From NCBI GenBank assembly GCA_965228345.1, contig CBDDHH010000004.1, forward strand, positions 663,133-727,132: DNA of 64,000 nucleotides, in the 5' to 3' direction. Every line of letters begins with the position of its first letter. Position 1 is the first letter of the stretch. The stretch is from Alphaproteobacteria bacterium. Its GTDB lineage: Bacteria > Pseudomonadota > Alphaproteobacteria > UBA7985. Below, piece after piece: positions 36,724 to 46,895 of the stretch. The translations under genes were made by a program, and so were the position numbers. Under the pieces are notes generated by a model. The model searched no databases. It saw only the letters and a program-made list of their open reading frames with translations, and had not been told where the DNA came from.

Positions 36724-38163
36724 TTAGCTGCGCGCGATAGCGATGTTTTTTGTTTGAACGTAGTTCCAAAGCGCCTCGCGCCCTTTTTCGCGGCCATAGC
36801 CCGATTTACCATAGCCACCGAAGGGGGTTTCGACGCCGCCTGCAAACCATTCGTTTATAAAGACTTGGCCCGCGCGCAAACGACCCGCAATGGTCATGGC
36901 ACGATCCAGATCGCGGGTGAATACGCCGCCGACCAAGCCGTAGTCGGTCCCGTTGGCGATTTCCAAGGCTTCGCCTTCATGTCGGGCTTTCATGATCGAC
37001 AAAACAGGCCCGAACACTTCGGTGGTAGCGATTTCCATTTGGGGAGTGACGTCGGCAAACACAGTGGGTTGCAAAAAATGACCCGGGATGTTCAACTTGT
37101 GCCCACCTGCCACCAACCTTGCGCCCTCACTCTGAGCGCGCTGAATGAGGCCGAGGGCGCGGTCACACTGCGCATCAGAGATCAGGGCCCCCATATTGGG
37201 GCCAAAATCGGGACGGTCACGTCCAGGACCAACCGAAATCGACTTGGCCAAAGCACCTGCACGGGTCACCACATCCTCGTAGACGTCCTCCATCACAATC
37301 AGGCGCGATAGGGCCGAGCAAACTTGGCCTGCGCCGAAGATGAAACCCCAGCGCATGTCACTGGTGAGGGCGTCTAGGTCCGCGTCAGGATAGACGATCC
37401 CAGCCGATTTACCGCCAAGTTCTAAAACGCAAGGCACAACGTTTTGTGCCGCCGCCGTGGCAACTGCAATGCCCGTGGCAACCGACCCGGTAAAGACCAA
37501 CTGATTGATGCCTGCGTGACTCGCTAGAGCCGCGCCCGCGTCCTGTCCATGACCGCATATTAGATTAACTGCCCCCTTGGGCAACCCGACGGCCTCGGCC
37601 GCCAAGGCAAAGTACTTATGGGTCAGAGGGTCCAGCTCTGGCGATTTGACGACGCAGGCGTTGCCAGTGGCAAGGGCGGCAGAAAGCGAGCGCCCCGTCA
37701 TCTCCAATGGGTAGTTCCACGGGATGATCTGGGCGCTCACCCCCATGGGCTCATAGACCGTGAAGTCAAAGTATCCCTTGCCCAAAGGAATCGACCGCCC
37801 CTCCACAGTTTCTGCCTGGTTGCCGTAGTACTCAAAGTAGCGAGCTGTCCCCTCCACCTCGATCTGGGCTTCCCACAGGGGCTTGCCCGCTTCCTGAGTG
37901 AGCAAGGGGGCGATTTCCGATACATGGTCGCGCAACCAATCGCCCATTTGGCGGACCATACGACCGCGATCGCAGGGACGCATGTCGGACAAGACGCCGC
38001 TTTCGTGACAGGCGCGCGCGGCAGCAACGCCCTGGTCTATGTCTGCGGCCAGCCCGCGGGCTTGGCGCGCGAAGACCTGACCCGTGCCAGGGTCCTCAAC
38101 GTCGATCCAGCCCCCCGAGCCCCCAACAAACTGCCCGTCGATATAATTCAAGTATTTATCCAT
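36724..38163 (-). CDS. NAD(P)-dependent aldehyde dehydrogenase
   Basis: ELGGKSAGIV (catalytic Glu) and ...FIFGAGQVCSALSRLIV (Cys) ALDH motifs. 479 aa. Confidence 0.85.
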   Translation of the reverse strand: MDKYLNYIDGQFVGGSGGWIDVEDPGTGQVFARQARGLAADIDQGVAAARACHESGVLSDMRPCDRGRMVRQMGDWLRDHVSEIAPLLTQEAGKPLWEAQIEVEGTARYFEYYGNQAETVEGRSIPLGKGYFDFTVYEPMGVSAQIIPWNYPLEMTGRSLSAALATGNACVVKSPELDPLTHKYFALAAEAVGLPKGAVNLICGHGQDAGAALASHAGINQLVFTGSVATGIAVATAAAQNVVPCVLELGGKSAGIVYPDADLDALTSDMRWGFIFGAGQVCSALSRLIVMEDVYEDVVTRAGALAKSISVGPGRDRPDFGPNMGALISDAQCDRALGLIQRAQSEGARLVAGGHKLNIPGHFLQPTVFADVTPQMEIATTEVFGPVLSIMKARHEGEALEIANGTDYGLVGGVFTRDLDRAMTIAGRLRAGQVFINEWFAGGVETPFGGYGKSGYGREKGREALWNYVQTKNIAIARS

Positions 38164-39235
38164 TGTGCGCTTCCCTAATCCAGTCGTGCAAGGCCTTGAT
38201 TGAGTGTTCGGAGTTGACGCCGTTCTTGGGGTCTAGCACAAGGGGCCCAGGCCTGTAGCCGCGAGACTTGAGCCCCCTTTGCACCGATTCGATCAGGCCG
38301 ATGTCTTCCGCAACGGTCGTTTCGCGATCCTGGATCGCCAAGGCGCGGATGACGTCGGATTCTTGGCCCCCAGGGGTGTACCATCCGCGTTTTAGCAGAA
38401 CGTGTCCAGGGTCAATCGGCTCCCAATGGTAAGTGTTCAGGACATTGCCTGGATAGACCTGGAACGACACTGTGGGCCAGAGGTACCAAGACGAATAGCA
38501 ATCCGCGTAGTCGTTGGCGTCGAGATCGACGGGATAGGTCATGTCAGCCAAATTCTGACATTCAGTCGTATGTCGTAGGCAGTAGCCCTGCGGTTGAATA
38601 TCGTAAGTCGCAGGCTTAACCACGCCTTGGGAAAAGGTCGGATGGTTGATCGTGCAGTGGTAGCACTCCGAATAGTTCTCTACCGACACTTTCCAATTAC
38701 AGGCCTCCTGCACCTCCACCCATTCCAGGGGTTTGAGTTCATCAATGTTGGGCACGAACGCCTTTAGCTGCGCGCGTACCCCAGGGAACCAGGCGTCCAT
38801 GGGCGCGGCTTCGGGGTCCAAATTGACAAAGAGGAAACCGTGAAAATCCTCCACCTGAACCGCGGTGAGGCAAATCTGCGTGCGGTCCAGTCCCACGACG
38901 GCTTTCAGGTTGGGACCCTTGAGCAGTTCGCCCGTCAACTTGTAGGTCCAGGCATGGTAGGGACAGACCAACACGGAGGCATGGCCGCTGCCCGCAACCA
39001 ACTGGTGCGCGCGGTGCTGGCAGACATTGTAGTAACAATGGATCGACATATCGCGGTCGCGCACGAGGATCAGAGATTCCCCCGCAACCTCCACCGTATG
39101 ATAGTCCCCTGGGCGTTCGATCACCGATTTGTGCGCGGCAAAGATCCAGGTGCTGGTGAAGACGCGCTCTTGCTCATGGGCCCAGGCTGTATCGGAGAGG
39201 TAGTAGCGCGGCTCGAGCGATGTGATCACACCCAT
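38156..39235 (-). CDS. Rieske (2Fe-2S) non-haem iron oxygenase alpha subunit (GbcA/CntA/choline-monooxygenase-like)
   Basis: Rieske motif CQHRAHQL...CPYHAW. Mononuclear-iron region with ECYHCTINHP. 359 aa. No reductase partner adjacent. Confidence 0.75.
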   Translation of the reverse strand: MGVITSLEPRYYLSDTAWAHEQERVFTSTWIFAAHKSVIERPGDYHTVEVAGESLILVRDRDMSIHCYYNVCQHRAHQLVAGSGHASVLVCPYHAWTYKLTGELLKGPNLKAVVGLDRTQICLTAVQVEDFHGFLFVNLDPEAAPMDAWFPGVRAQLKAFVPNIDELKPLEWVEVQEACNWKVSVENYSECYHCTINHPTFSQGVVKPATYDIQPQGYCLRHTTECQNLADMTYPVDLDANDYADCYSSWYLWPTVSFQVYPGNVLNTYHWEPIDPGHVLLKRGWYTPGGQESDVIRALAIQDRETTVAEDIGLIESVQRGLKSRGYRPGPLVLDPKNGVNSEHSIKALHDWIREAHNG

Positions 39236-40152
39236 GGCGATTGATCCTCCACATAGATTCCCAGGCGATGCCGCCGTTCATGGAATCGGTCTATATCCTC
39301 AATGGTCCTAGCGGGTGCTGCGGCAATGACAAAGGCCATGAGCGTCTCAAGAAAGGCCGTCAACGCCACGGTCGAGGTGAAAAACTGCGGGCCGCTAACG
39401 GGCACTTCAAATCGATGCTTCGCGTCAGTGAAGTGCGGGGCAGCGGGCGAGTCCGAGACGGCAATTAGATCCAGGCCTTGTTCGTGGGCTGCTGCCGCTG
39501 CCTCGACCACCTCGCGTCGGTAGGGCTTGAACGTCATGGCAATCAAGGTATCGCCCGCGCCCGCGCGCACCAGGCCATCGACGGGCTGGGAACCGTCGCG
39601 CGGCAAAGCGACAATATTGTCCAGGGCCATGGCCCCAAGATAGGCAAAGTTCAGCGCCACAGGATTGGCCATGCCAACGCCCAGAACGTAGACCTTGCGC
39701 GCAGCGAGGATGGTTTGCGCCGCCGATTGCAAGGCGGTGGTGGTGGCGCTAACCTCTAGCTGGCGCAGCGTTGCTGCAGCCGCGCTCAGCACCTCATACT
39801 TGAGCGTATCGAGCGTTCCCGCCGCCGTGCGCGCTTGCAAAGCCAAGGCCTGGCGCGAAGGTTGAAAGGACGCGCGCGCCAGGTGCGTCTTGAACGCCTT
39901 GAACCCATCGTACCCCAAGACGCGCGACAACCGCACGAAGGTATTGGGCGTGACGCCCGCCGCAGCGGCGGCCTCTCGCGTTGAGGCCAGTGAAACCCGA
40001 TCAGGATTTTCCAAGGCGTAGGTTGCCGCCTTACGCTGTTCTAAACTGAGATGGGGCAGCTGCGCCCGCAAAGAGTCTTGCGGCGAATTCGGGACGTTTG
40101 TGCTGTTCATGGTTGACGAGGGTACATTTGTACCATAAAACCTGCAAGTCAC
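39226..40152 (-). CDS. MurR/RpiR family transcriptional regulator (HTH_6 + SIS domain)
   Basis: N-terminal HTH LSLEQRKAATYALENPDRVSLASTREAAAAAGVTPNTFVRLSRVLGYDGFKAF. C-terminal SIS domain. Alternative start MNSTN at ~40110. Confidence 0.7.
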   Translation of the reverse strand: MTCRFYGTNVPSSTMNSTNVPNSPQDSLRAQLPHLSLEQRKAATYALENPDRVSLASTREAAAAAGVTPNTFVRLSRVLGYDGFKAFKTHLARASFQPSRQALALQARTAAGTLDTLKYEVLSAAAATLRQLEVSATTTALQSAAQTILAARKVYVLGVGMANPVALNFAYLGAMALDNIVALPRDGSQPVDGLVRAGAGDTLIAMTFKPYRREVVEAAAAAHEQGLDLIAVSDSPAAPHFTDAKHRFEVPVSGPQFFTSTVALTAFLETLMAFVIAAAPARTIEDIDRFHERRHRLGIYVEDQSPWV

Positions 40153-40215
40153 ATCGCGGTCCCTTTTTCAAACTTTGGACTCCACGATTGCAGAAGTGTC
40201 GCCCAAGAAAGGCAA

Positions 40216-42654
40216 GTGACTATGGCCGAACTCCCCTCGCACGCGCGTGTTGTTATTATCGGCGGCGGCATTATGGGCTGCGGCGTGGCCTATCATCTGG
40301 CGCATGAGGGTTGGACAGACCTGGTCTTGTTGGAAAAGGCCGAACTGACCTCGGGGTCCACTTGGCACGCGGCGGGGCAAATCACCCATTCCACCTCCTC
40401 CTACACCCTTGGGGCCTGCGTCGGATACAACATCGACCTCTATCGCACGGTTTTGGAACAAGAGACGGGCCAATCCTGCACGTGGCACGGCTGCGGTTCG
40501 CTGCGGCTTGCCTATACATCGGACGAGGTGGATTGGCTGCTGCAAACTCTTTCGGTGGGGCGCGCGCTTGGGTTTCCTATGGAACTGCTGACGCCCGCGC
40601 AAATTCGCGACCAGCATCCGTTCTATAAACTCGACGGGGTTTTGGCGGCGCTCCATACCCCCGACGACGGCCACGTCGATCCTGCGGGTCCTGCCTTTGC
40701 GCTCGAGAAGGGCGCGCGCCAACTGGGAACCAAAACGATCAAGCGCTGTTTGGCCGAGGCTGTTACGCAGCTGCAGTCGGGGGAGTGGCAAGTCACGACC
40801 AACAAAGGCACGATTCGGTGTGAGCATGTGGTCAACGCGGGCGGCACCTATGCGCGGCAAGTCGCCCTGACCTCGGGCTACGATCTGCCCGCCACCTCCA
40901 TGACCCACCACTATTTGGTGACCGACGCGGTGCCCGAGTTCCAGGATTTGCCCCGCGAATTGCCCGTAGTGCGCGATGATCGGCAGGTGTCGGGCTACAT
41001 AAGGATGGAGCAAAAATCGGGTCTGATCGGCATTTACGAAAAGACCAACCCCAATACAGTTTGGCAGGATTGGTGCCCGTGGGAAGCGGAAAACGAACTG
41101 TTCGAGGCTGACTACGACCGTATCATGCCTTGGCTGGAAAACGCCCTGGACCGCATGCCCGTTTTTGCCGACCTGGGCATCAAGCGCGAGGTCCACGGCG
41201 CCATCTCGCACCCGCCCGACGGCAATCCCCTGATCGGGCCGGCGCCAGGCCTGCAAAATTACTGGGTCAATGCCGGCTGCCAAATCGGGATTGGCTGGGG
41301 GCCAGGCCTCACGCGGGAACTGGCGCGCTGGATGGTCCACGGCGCGGCGGACCTGAACATGCGCGATTTTGACCCCCGCCGCTACGGCGCGTTTGCCGAT
41401 CGAACCTACCAGATCGAAAAAGCCAAGGAGGACTACGTTCTCCGTCACGAAATCCCCTTCCCCCATTTCAATCGCCATGCCCATCGCCCCGTCAAACCTT
41501 CGCCCCTCTACGAAGTTTTGAAGGCCAAAGGCGCGGTCTTCGAAGAAGTCTATGGCTGGGAACGCCCACGCTGGTTCGCCAAAAACGGCGTCGCTCAAGA
41601 GGATCACTACAGTTTCGGCCGCGCGCCATGGTTCGACTTGGTCATGGCGGAGGTCAAGGCCGTGCGCAAGGCGGTGGGCGTGATCGATATCTCTGCCTTC
41701 GCCAAGATTGAAGTTTCGGGCCCAGGGGCCTTGGCGCTGATCGACCGTCTGATTCCCAACCGCGTGCCCAGAGTGGGCCGGGTCGGCCTGACCCACATGC
41801 TCGGGAATTCGGGCCGAATTGAATTGGAAACAACGTTGGTGACCCTGGCTGAGGATCGCTTTTACCTCGTTTGCGCGGCCTTCTTTGAGCAACGCTTGCT
41901 CGACCATCTGACCAAGTATGCGAGCGGCGAAGACGTGACCATCGCCAACCTATCGGAAGCCTACGGCGCCTTGGCGCTGTCGGGCCCACGCGCGCGGGAT
42001 GTTTTAGGGCAAGTGACCGACCACAGCTTGGTCGCGCCCGCGTTCAAATGGCTGGACGCCAAGGAAATTCGCATCGCAGGCCAAAGGTGCTGGGCTTTGC
42101 GCCTGTCGTACGCTGGGGAATTGGGCTGGGAGCTCCATGTCCCCCGCGACGGCTTGGTCGCGGTCTATCACGCTCTTTCGCAAGCGGGCACCGCCCACGG
42201 ACTGACCGACTACGGATCCTTTGCCATGAACATCTTGCGCATGGAAAAAATGTTCAAGGGCTCGGGTGAGTTGACCAACGAAGTGACCCTGCCCGAGGCC
42301 GATGTCATGCGGTTTGTGAAGATGGATAAGGAAGCCTGGGTCGGCCGCGCGGCGACGGACGCGGCCCTGCGCGCACCGTTGCGCTATGTTTGTGTCTATT
42401 TGGAAATTGACAGCAATGGCAAGGCGGACGGCAACGGCGGCGAAACCGTCCTGATGGCGGGTCAAGCCGTGGGGTCGGTCTCCTCCATCGTCTATTCCCC
42501 AACCCTCGATAAGGGGCTCGCTTTTGCCTATGTAAGTCCCGAGGCCGCGCGCACGGGCCAAAGGCTGGAGGTCGTGATTATGAACGACCCGCGCCCTGCC
42601 GTCGTGCGCGATCAGCCTGCCTACGATCCCGCCAGCGAACTGCCACGCGCATGA
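40216..42654 (+). CDS. Dimethylglycine/sarcosine dehydrogenase-family protein (FAD-dependent oxidoreductase fused to GcvT-like folate-binding domain)
   Basis: VVIIGGGIMGCGVAYHLA FAD motif. ~812 aa, as expected for DMGDH-type enzymes. C-terminal aminomethyltransferase-like domain. Confidence 0.8.
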   Translation: MTMAELPSHARVVIIGGGIMGCGVAYHLAHEGWTDLVLLEKAELTSGSTWHAAGQITHSTSSYTLGACVGYNIDLYRTVLEQETGQSCTWHGCGSLRLAYTSDEVDWLLQTLSVGRALGFPMELLTPAQIRDQHPFYKLDGVLAALHTPDDGHVDPAGPAFALEKGARQLGTKTIKRCLAEAVTQLQSGEWQVTTNKGTIRCEHVVNAGGTYARQVALTSGYDLPATSMTHHYLVTDAVPEFQDLPRELPVVRDDRQVSGYIRMEQKSGLIGIYEKTNPNTVWQDWCPWEAENELFEADYDRIMPWLENALDRMPVFADLGIKREVHGAISHPPDGNPLIGPAPGLQNYWVNAGCQIGIGWGPGLTRELARWMVHGAADLNMRDFDPRRYGAFADRTYQIEKAKEDYVLRHEIPFPHFNRHAHRPVKPSPLYEVLKAKGAVFEEVYGWERPRWFAKNGVAQEDHYSFGRAPWFDLVMAEVKAVRKAVGVIDISAFAKIEVSGPGALALIDRLIPNRVPRVGRVGLTHMLGNSGRIELETTLVTLAEDRFYLVCAAFFEQRLLDHLTKYASGEDVTIANLSEAYGALALSGPRARDVLGQVTDHSLVAPAFKWLDAKEIRIAGQRCWALRLSYAGELGWELHVPRDGLVAVYHALSQAGTAHGLTDYGSFAMNILRMEKMFKGSGELTNEVTLPEADVMRFVKMDKEAWVGRAATDAALRAPLRYVCVYLEIDSNGKADGNGGETVLMAGQAVGSVSSIVYSPTLDKGLAFAYVSPEAARTGQRLEVVIMNDPRPAVVRDQPAYDPASELPRA

Positions 42655-43991
42655 GCCTGACCGATCTTTCCCCAGCTTATCCCACCCACGACGCAGATTG
42701 GGTTTCTGAGACCCATGCTGAGGCCTATGTCCAGTCTTGGTCAAAGCAGGGCATCCGCCCCCGGGTCATCGCAGGCGGCCAGGGGTCCTGGTTCTGGGAT
42801 TCCGACGGCAAACGCTACCTCGATTTTCAATCGCAGCTGGTCAATCTCAACTTGGGTCACCAACACCCCAAGATCGTCCAAGCCATCAAAGACCAGGCCG
42901 ATAAGCTGTGCTATATCGGCCCAGCCATGGGCAACGACGCGCGCTCCGAACTCGCGGCGCTGATCCGTGACATTACACCCGCCAATATCGTGAGCACATT
43001 CTTTACCACGGGCGGTGCTGCCGCCAATGAGACGGCGGTCCGTCTCGCCCGCCACTATACAGGTCGGCAGAAGATCATTGCCCGCTATCGTTCCTACCAT
43101 GGCGCCACGGGTGGCGCCCTGACGTTGACGGGGGACCCACGCCACCACTTAACCCGGGGGGACATGCCAGGGGTGGTGCGGATGTTCGACCCCTACCGCC
43201 GCGATTCCGCAGACCCCATTTATCAGGGCGGGCCGCACCTTGAGGAAATCCTCATGTACGAAAACCCCGAGACGGTGGCGGCGCTGATCTTGGAAACCGT
43301 CGTTGGAACCAATGGGATTTTGGTGCCCCCCGACGGCTATCTGCAATCTCTCGCCCAGGTATGCCGCAAATACGGAATCTTGCTGATTATGGACGAGGTC
43401 ATGGCGGGCTTCGGGCGCACGGGCAAGTGGTTTGCCGTGGACCATTGGGACCTGCAACCCGACATGATCACCGCCGCGAAAGGCATCAATTCGGGCTATG
43501 TGCCCCTGGGCACGCTGAGCCTCAGCGCCGACCTGACGCGCTGGTTGCACGACACGCCCTTCCCGGGCGGGCAAACTTATGCGGGCCATCCACTCGCCTG
43601 CGCCTCGGGGGTTGCCGCCATTCGGGCCATGCAAGCCGAAAGCGTTCTGGAGAACGCCGTCACAATGGGCTTGCTCATGCGCACCGAGCTTACAGCCATG
43701 ATTGATCGCCACCCCATCCTGGGCGAAGTTCGCGGCAAGGGCTTGTTCAATGGAATCGAGTTGGTAAAAAATCGGGAAACAGGGGAGCCATTGGTTCCCT
43801 TTGCCGCCAAGGGCGCGGCGGCGGCCCCCATGACGGCCATGATGGCCGCTGCGATGGATCGCGGACTTTACCTTTCATTCTTTTCTAACGTCATTCGTCT
43901 GACACCGCCGCTGAACATCAGCGAGGTAGACTTAAAGTATGGACTTGCGATTTTGGACGAAGTTCTGAGCGTAGGGGATCAATATGTTTGA
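42651..43991 (+). CDS. Class III (omega) aminotransferase, PLP-dependent
   Basis: LIMDEVMAGFGRTGKWFA and ITAAKGINSGYVPLG (PLP-Lys) motifs. 446 aa. Confidence 0.8.
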   Translation: MSLTDLSPAYPTHDADWVSETHAEAYVQSWSKQGIRPRVIAGGQGSWFWDSDGKRYLDFQSQLVNLNLGHQHPKIVQAIKDQADKLCYIGPAMGNDARSELAALIRDITPANIVSTFFTTGGAAANETAVRLARHYTGRQKIIARYRSYHGATGGALTLTGDPRHHLTRGDMPGVVRMFDPYRRDSADPIYQGGPHLEEILMYENPETVAALILETVVGTNGILVPPDGYLQSLAQVCRKYGILLIMDEVMAGFGRTGKWFAVDHWDLQPDMITAAKGINSGYVPLGTLSLSADLTRWLHDTPFPGGQTYAGHPLACASGVAAIRAMQAESVLENAVTMGLLMRTELTAMIDRHPILGEVRGKGLFNGIELVKNRETGEPLVPFAAKGAAAAPMTAMMAAAMDRGLYLSFFSNVIRLTPPLNISEVDLKYGLAILDEVLSVGDQYV

Positions 43992-44040
43992 TCGGAACCA
44001 AACGAAGACACATGGATGTGGGTCGTTCCATGATGCAGTT

Positions 44041-44238
44041 ATACCAACGGTCATAAAAAGTGACCTTTTCATGACCGTTTCGTGTCTCACGGCAGAAACG
44101 CTTCGCGTTTCGCCTCCGACGGGGGCCTTCGCTTATACCCCGAGGCGCTTTCGCGCCATTCTCGGGGCCGCTACGTGGGCCGCAGTCGCGGCCCTCATAC
44201 CAGCGATCATAAGAGTCATTTATAATTGCCGCTGGTAT
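44041..44238 (+). mobile_element. MITE copy R10
   Basis: ATACCAACGGTCATAAAAAGTGACC...ATTGCCGCTGGTATTAG. Its terminal TTA forms the folD stop codon on the opposite strand. Confidence 0.8.
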
Positions 44239-45098
44239 TAGAATGTCCACCCCAGTTCAACCTGACGGCGATGGGCCTTGAGCGCGTTTTGCATGAGCAT
44301 AGAGACCGTGACAGGGCCGACTCCGCCGGGGACGGGCGTGACCCAAGAAGCCATGTCCAGCGCCTCGTCCATCTTCACATCCCCGACAAGGCCGTCAGCG
44401 GTCTGGTTGATGCCAACGTCGATGACGGCGGCGCCGGGCTTGATCATGTCCCCGCCGATCAGCCCAGCCTTTCCCACCGCGACCACGAGGGCATCGGCAC
44501 GGCGGGAATGCGACGCAACAGATCGGGTCATATGGTGACAGACCGTCACCGTCGCGCCTTCCGCCACGAGCATGAGGGCGACGGGCTTGCCGACAATTTC
44601 TGAATGACCGATCATCACAACCTCCAACCCCTTCAGGGTCAGGCCCGTGGACTTGAGCAGTTCGACCGACGCCGCCGCCGTGCAGGGCAGCAGCGCATGG
44701 TCCCCATAAACGATATTGCCGATTGAGGCTGGGTTCATTCCCTCGACGTCTTTGAGGGGGTGAATCGCGCCTTGCAAGGTACGAGGGTTTAAGTGCGCAG
44801 GTACGGGACGCTGTAAAATAATACCTGTGACTTTTGGGTCATCGTTCATCGCCACCAGGCGCGCCTTGGCCTGATCCTGGCTGATATGACCGTTCCAATA
44901 CTGTTCGTCGAACGGAATGCCCACACGCTCGGCCAAGCGGCGCTGGTTACGAATATAAACTTTCACCTCCTCCACCGCACCAATAGCGATGGAACAGAGC
45001 TTCCCGATTGGGGGCAGCGCCACCAAGTCCGCTTGAACTTGTGACATAAGGCGGTCGCGCAGCGGGGCACCGCGCAGCAGTCGAGGGTCATGATCCAT
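44238..45098 (-). CDS. folD: Bifunctional methylenetetrahydrofolate dehydrogenase/methenyltetrahydrofolate cyclohydrolase
   Basis: ...IILQRPVPAHL...VVMIGHSEIVGKPVALML...VIDVGINQ...PVPGGVGPVTVSML are conserved FolD blocks. Confidence 0.85.
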   Translation of the reverse strand: MDHDPRLLRGAPLRDRLMSQVQADLVALPPIGKLCSIAIGAVEEVKVYIRNQRRLAERVGIPFDEQYWNGHISQDQAKARLVAMNDDPKVTGIILQRPVPAHLNPRTLQGAIHPLKDVEGMNPASIGNIVYGDHALLPCTAAASVELLKSTGLTLKGLEVVMIGHSEIVGKPVALMLVAEGATVTVCHHMTRSVASHSRRADALVVAVGKAGLIGGDMIKPGAAVIDVGINQTADGLVGDVKMDEALDMASWVTPVPGGVGPVTVSMLMQNALKAHRRQVELGWTF

Positions 45099-45109
45099 AG
45101 GAGCTTCTT

Positions 45110-45348
45110 ATACCAACGGCGAAAAAAGTTGACACTTTTTCAGCCGTTTTATGTCTCACGGCAGAAACGCTCCGCGTTTCGCCTCCCCTTCGCTGATACC
45201 CCGAGGTGCTTTCTTAGCTCATCTCGGGGCCGCGTGTTTTTGGCGCGGGCGTTCCCTGCGCCCTTTGGGCTTGGAGCCCGCTACGGGGGCCGCAGTCGCG
45301 GCCCTTATACCAGCGAATAAAAGAGTTATTTTAAATCGCCGCTGTTAT
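45110..45348 (+). mobile_element. MITE copy R11
   Basis: CTTATACCAACGGCGAAAAAAGTTGACAC...TTAAATCGCCGCTGTTATTAG, with an extra internal GC-rich hairpin. Confidence 0.8.
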
Positions 45349-45500
45349 TAGCGCAACTCTCAAGAAAGTTGACGCCTTTTGCGAACGTCCGCCGAGGCCA
45401 CGGGGAACCACGACTTGATGCCACAAGTATGGCCGCCGGACTCTGAACGTCCGCGCAACATAAGGATGACAGCGTCACGTTCCCAACCTAAACACACACT

Positions 45501-46622
45501 ATGGTTTCCTTTACCTTAGAAAAAACCGACGGACGGGCCCGGATGGGGCGCTTAGAAACGGTTCATGGTTCCATCGAAACACCCGTATTCATGCCGGTTG
45601 GGACGGCAGGAACGGTCAAGGCCATGACGGCGAGGTCGGTTCGTGCTACGGGCGCGCAGATCATTCTTGGGAATACCTACCACCTCATGCTCCGTCCTGG
45701 GGCAGATCGCGTGGAACGTTTGGGTGGATTGCACACTTTGATGGATTGGCCCGGGCCAATTTTGACCGACTCCGGAGGTTTTCAGGTCATGTCACTGCGA
45801 GGACTGCGGGACATGAACGAAGACGGCGTCACTTTCAAAAGTCACATCGATGGTTCCTTGCATCAACTAACCCCCGAAATTTCCATGGACGTCCAACGCA
45901 AACTTGATGCCACCATCTCCATGGCCTTTGATGAATGCACCCCCTACCCCGCGACCAAGGATCAAGCGGCAAAATCCATGGTGCTTTCCATGCGCTGGGC
46001 TAAGCGGTCGAAAGCTGCCTTTGTGCCGCGGCCTGGATATGGCTTGTTTGGAATCGTTCAGGGTTCCGTCTTTGCCGATCTGCGGCAAGAATCTATCGAG
46101 CGGATCTTGCCCCTGGAAACCGAGGGATTGGCCATTGGCGGATTGGCGGTAGGGGAGGGGCAAGCGCGCATGTTCGAAACTCTAGATGTCACGACACCGC
46201 GGCTGCCGAAGAACAAGCCACGCTATTTGATGGGCGTGGGAAAACCCGACGATCTGGTTGGGGCGGTTGCGCGGGGGATTGATATGTTTGACTGTGTATT
46301 ACCTACGCGTTCGGGCCGCACCGGCCAGGCCTGGACATGGCGAGGGCAAGTCAACGTACGCAATGCACGGCACAAAGACGATCCGCGACCCTTGAGCGAG
46401 GGATGCGCCTGTCCCGCGTGCCAACGACACTCGCGCGCCTATCTACATCATTTGACCCGCGCCGATGAAATCTTGGGGGCTATGTTGCTGACTTGGCACA
46501 ATGTGCAGTTTTTTCAGGACTTAATGCAAGCGATGCGCGCGGCGATCAGCGAGGCATGCTTTTCCGAATTTGAAGCAAGCTTTGCCGCAACATATGGCAG
46601 TGGTGATGTAACGCCCATCTAG
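45501..46622 (+). CDS. tgt: Queuine tRNA-ribosyltransferase
   Basis: ...[18 protein letters not shown]..., DSGGFQV, and zinc site [17 protein letters not shown]. Confidence 0.9.
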   Translation: MVSFTLEKTDGRARMGRLETVHGSIETPVFMPVGTAGTVKAMTARSVRATGAQIILGNTYHLMLRPGADRVERLGGLHTLMDWPGPILTDSGGFQVMSLRGLRDMNEDGVTFKSHIDGSLHQLTPEISMDVQRKLDATISMAFDECTPYPATKDQAAKSMVLSMRWAKRSKAAFVPRPGYGLFGIVQGSVFADLRQESIERILPLETEGLAIGGLAVGEGQARMFETLDVTTPRLPKNKPRYLMGVGKPDDLVGAVARGIDMFDCVLPTRSGRTGQAWTWRGQVNVRNARHKDDPRPLSEGCACPACQRHSRAYLHHLTRADEILGAMLLTWHNVQFFQDLMQAMRAAISEACFSEFEASFAATYGSGDVTPI

Positions 46623-46655
46623 ACAAGGCCCTCTAATCCAATCAAACGGGACTCT

Positions 46656-46895
46656 ATGGCTGATATCGACACAAACCAAGCCCGCCTAGGGGCCGCCCTC
46701 AAGGCCCTTGAACTACGGATCAGTGTGATGGCCAGCGGGGATCAGGCCATTGGCGCCGAAAACCAGAACCTGATCGCAAAAATTGAAACTTTGGAGGCCG
46801 AGATAGCGCGCTTGCGCCAAGTAGGCACCCAAGCCCTTGAGGAAATCGACGTGGTCCTTGACCACTTGGACAAATGGGAAGCGGACAATGGTTAA
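46656..46895 (+). CDS. DUF4164 coiled-coil protein (ZapA-associated, ZauP-like)
   Basis: 79-aa coiled-coil protein immediately upstream of and overlapping zapA, the arrangement conserved in alphaproteobacteria. Confidence 0.6.
   Translation: MADIDTNQARLGAALKALELRISVMASGDQAIGAENQNLIAKIETLEAEIARLRQVGTQALEEIDVVLDHLDKWEADNG

Noticed and set aside
40168-41907. 579-aa ORF antisense to the DMGDH-like gene, and other long antisense ORFs (12095..12844, 26114..26980, 24253..25113, 19670..20464, 21328..22167, 11332..11976, 9332..9766)
   Set aside because: All lie opposite well-supported conserved genes. They have Arg/Pro/Gly-rich low-complexity translations and no recognisable motifs. These are expected high-GC shadow ORFs.
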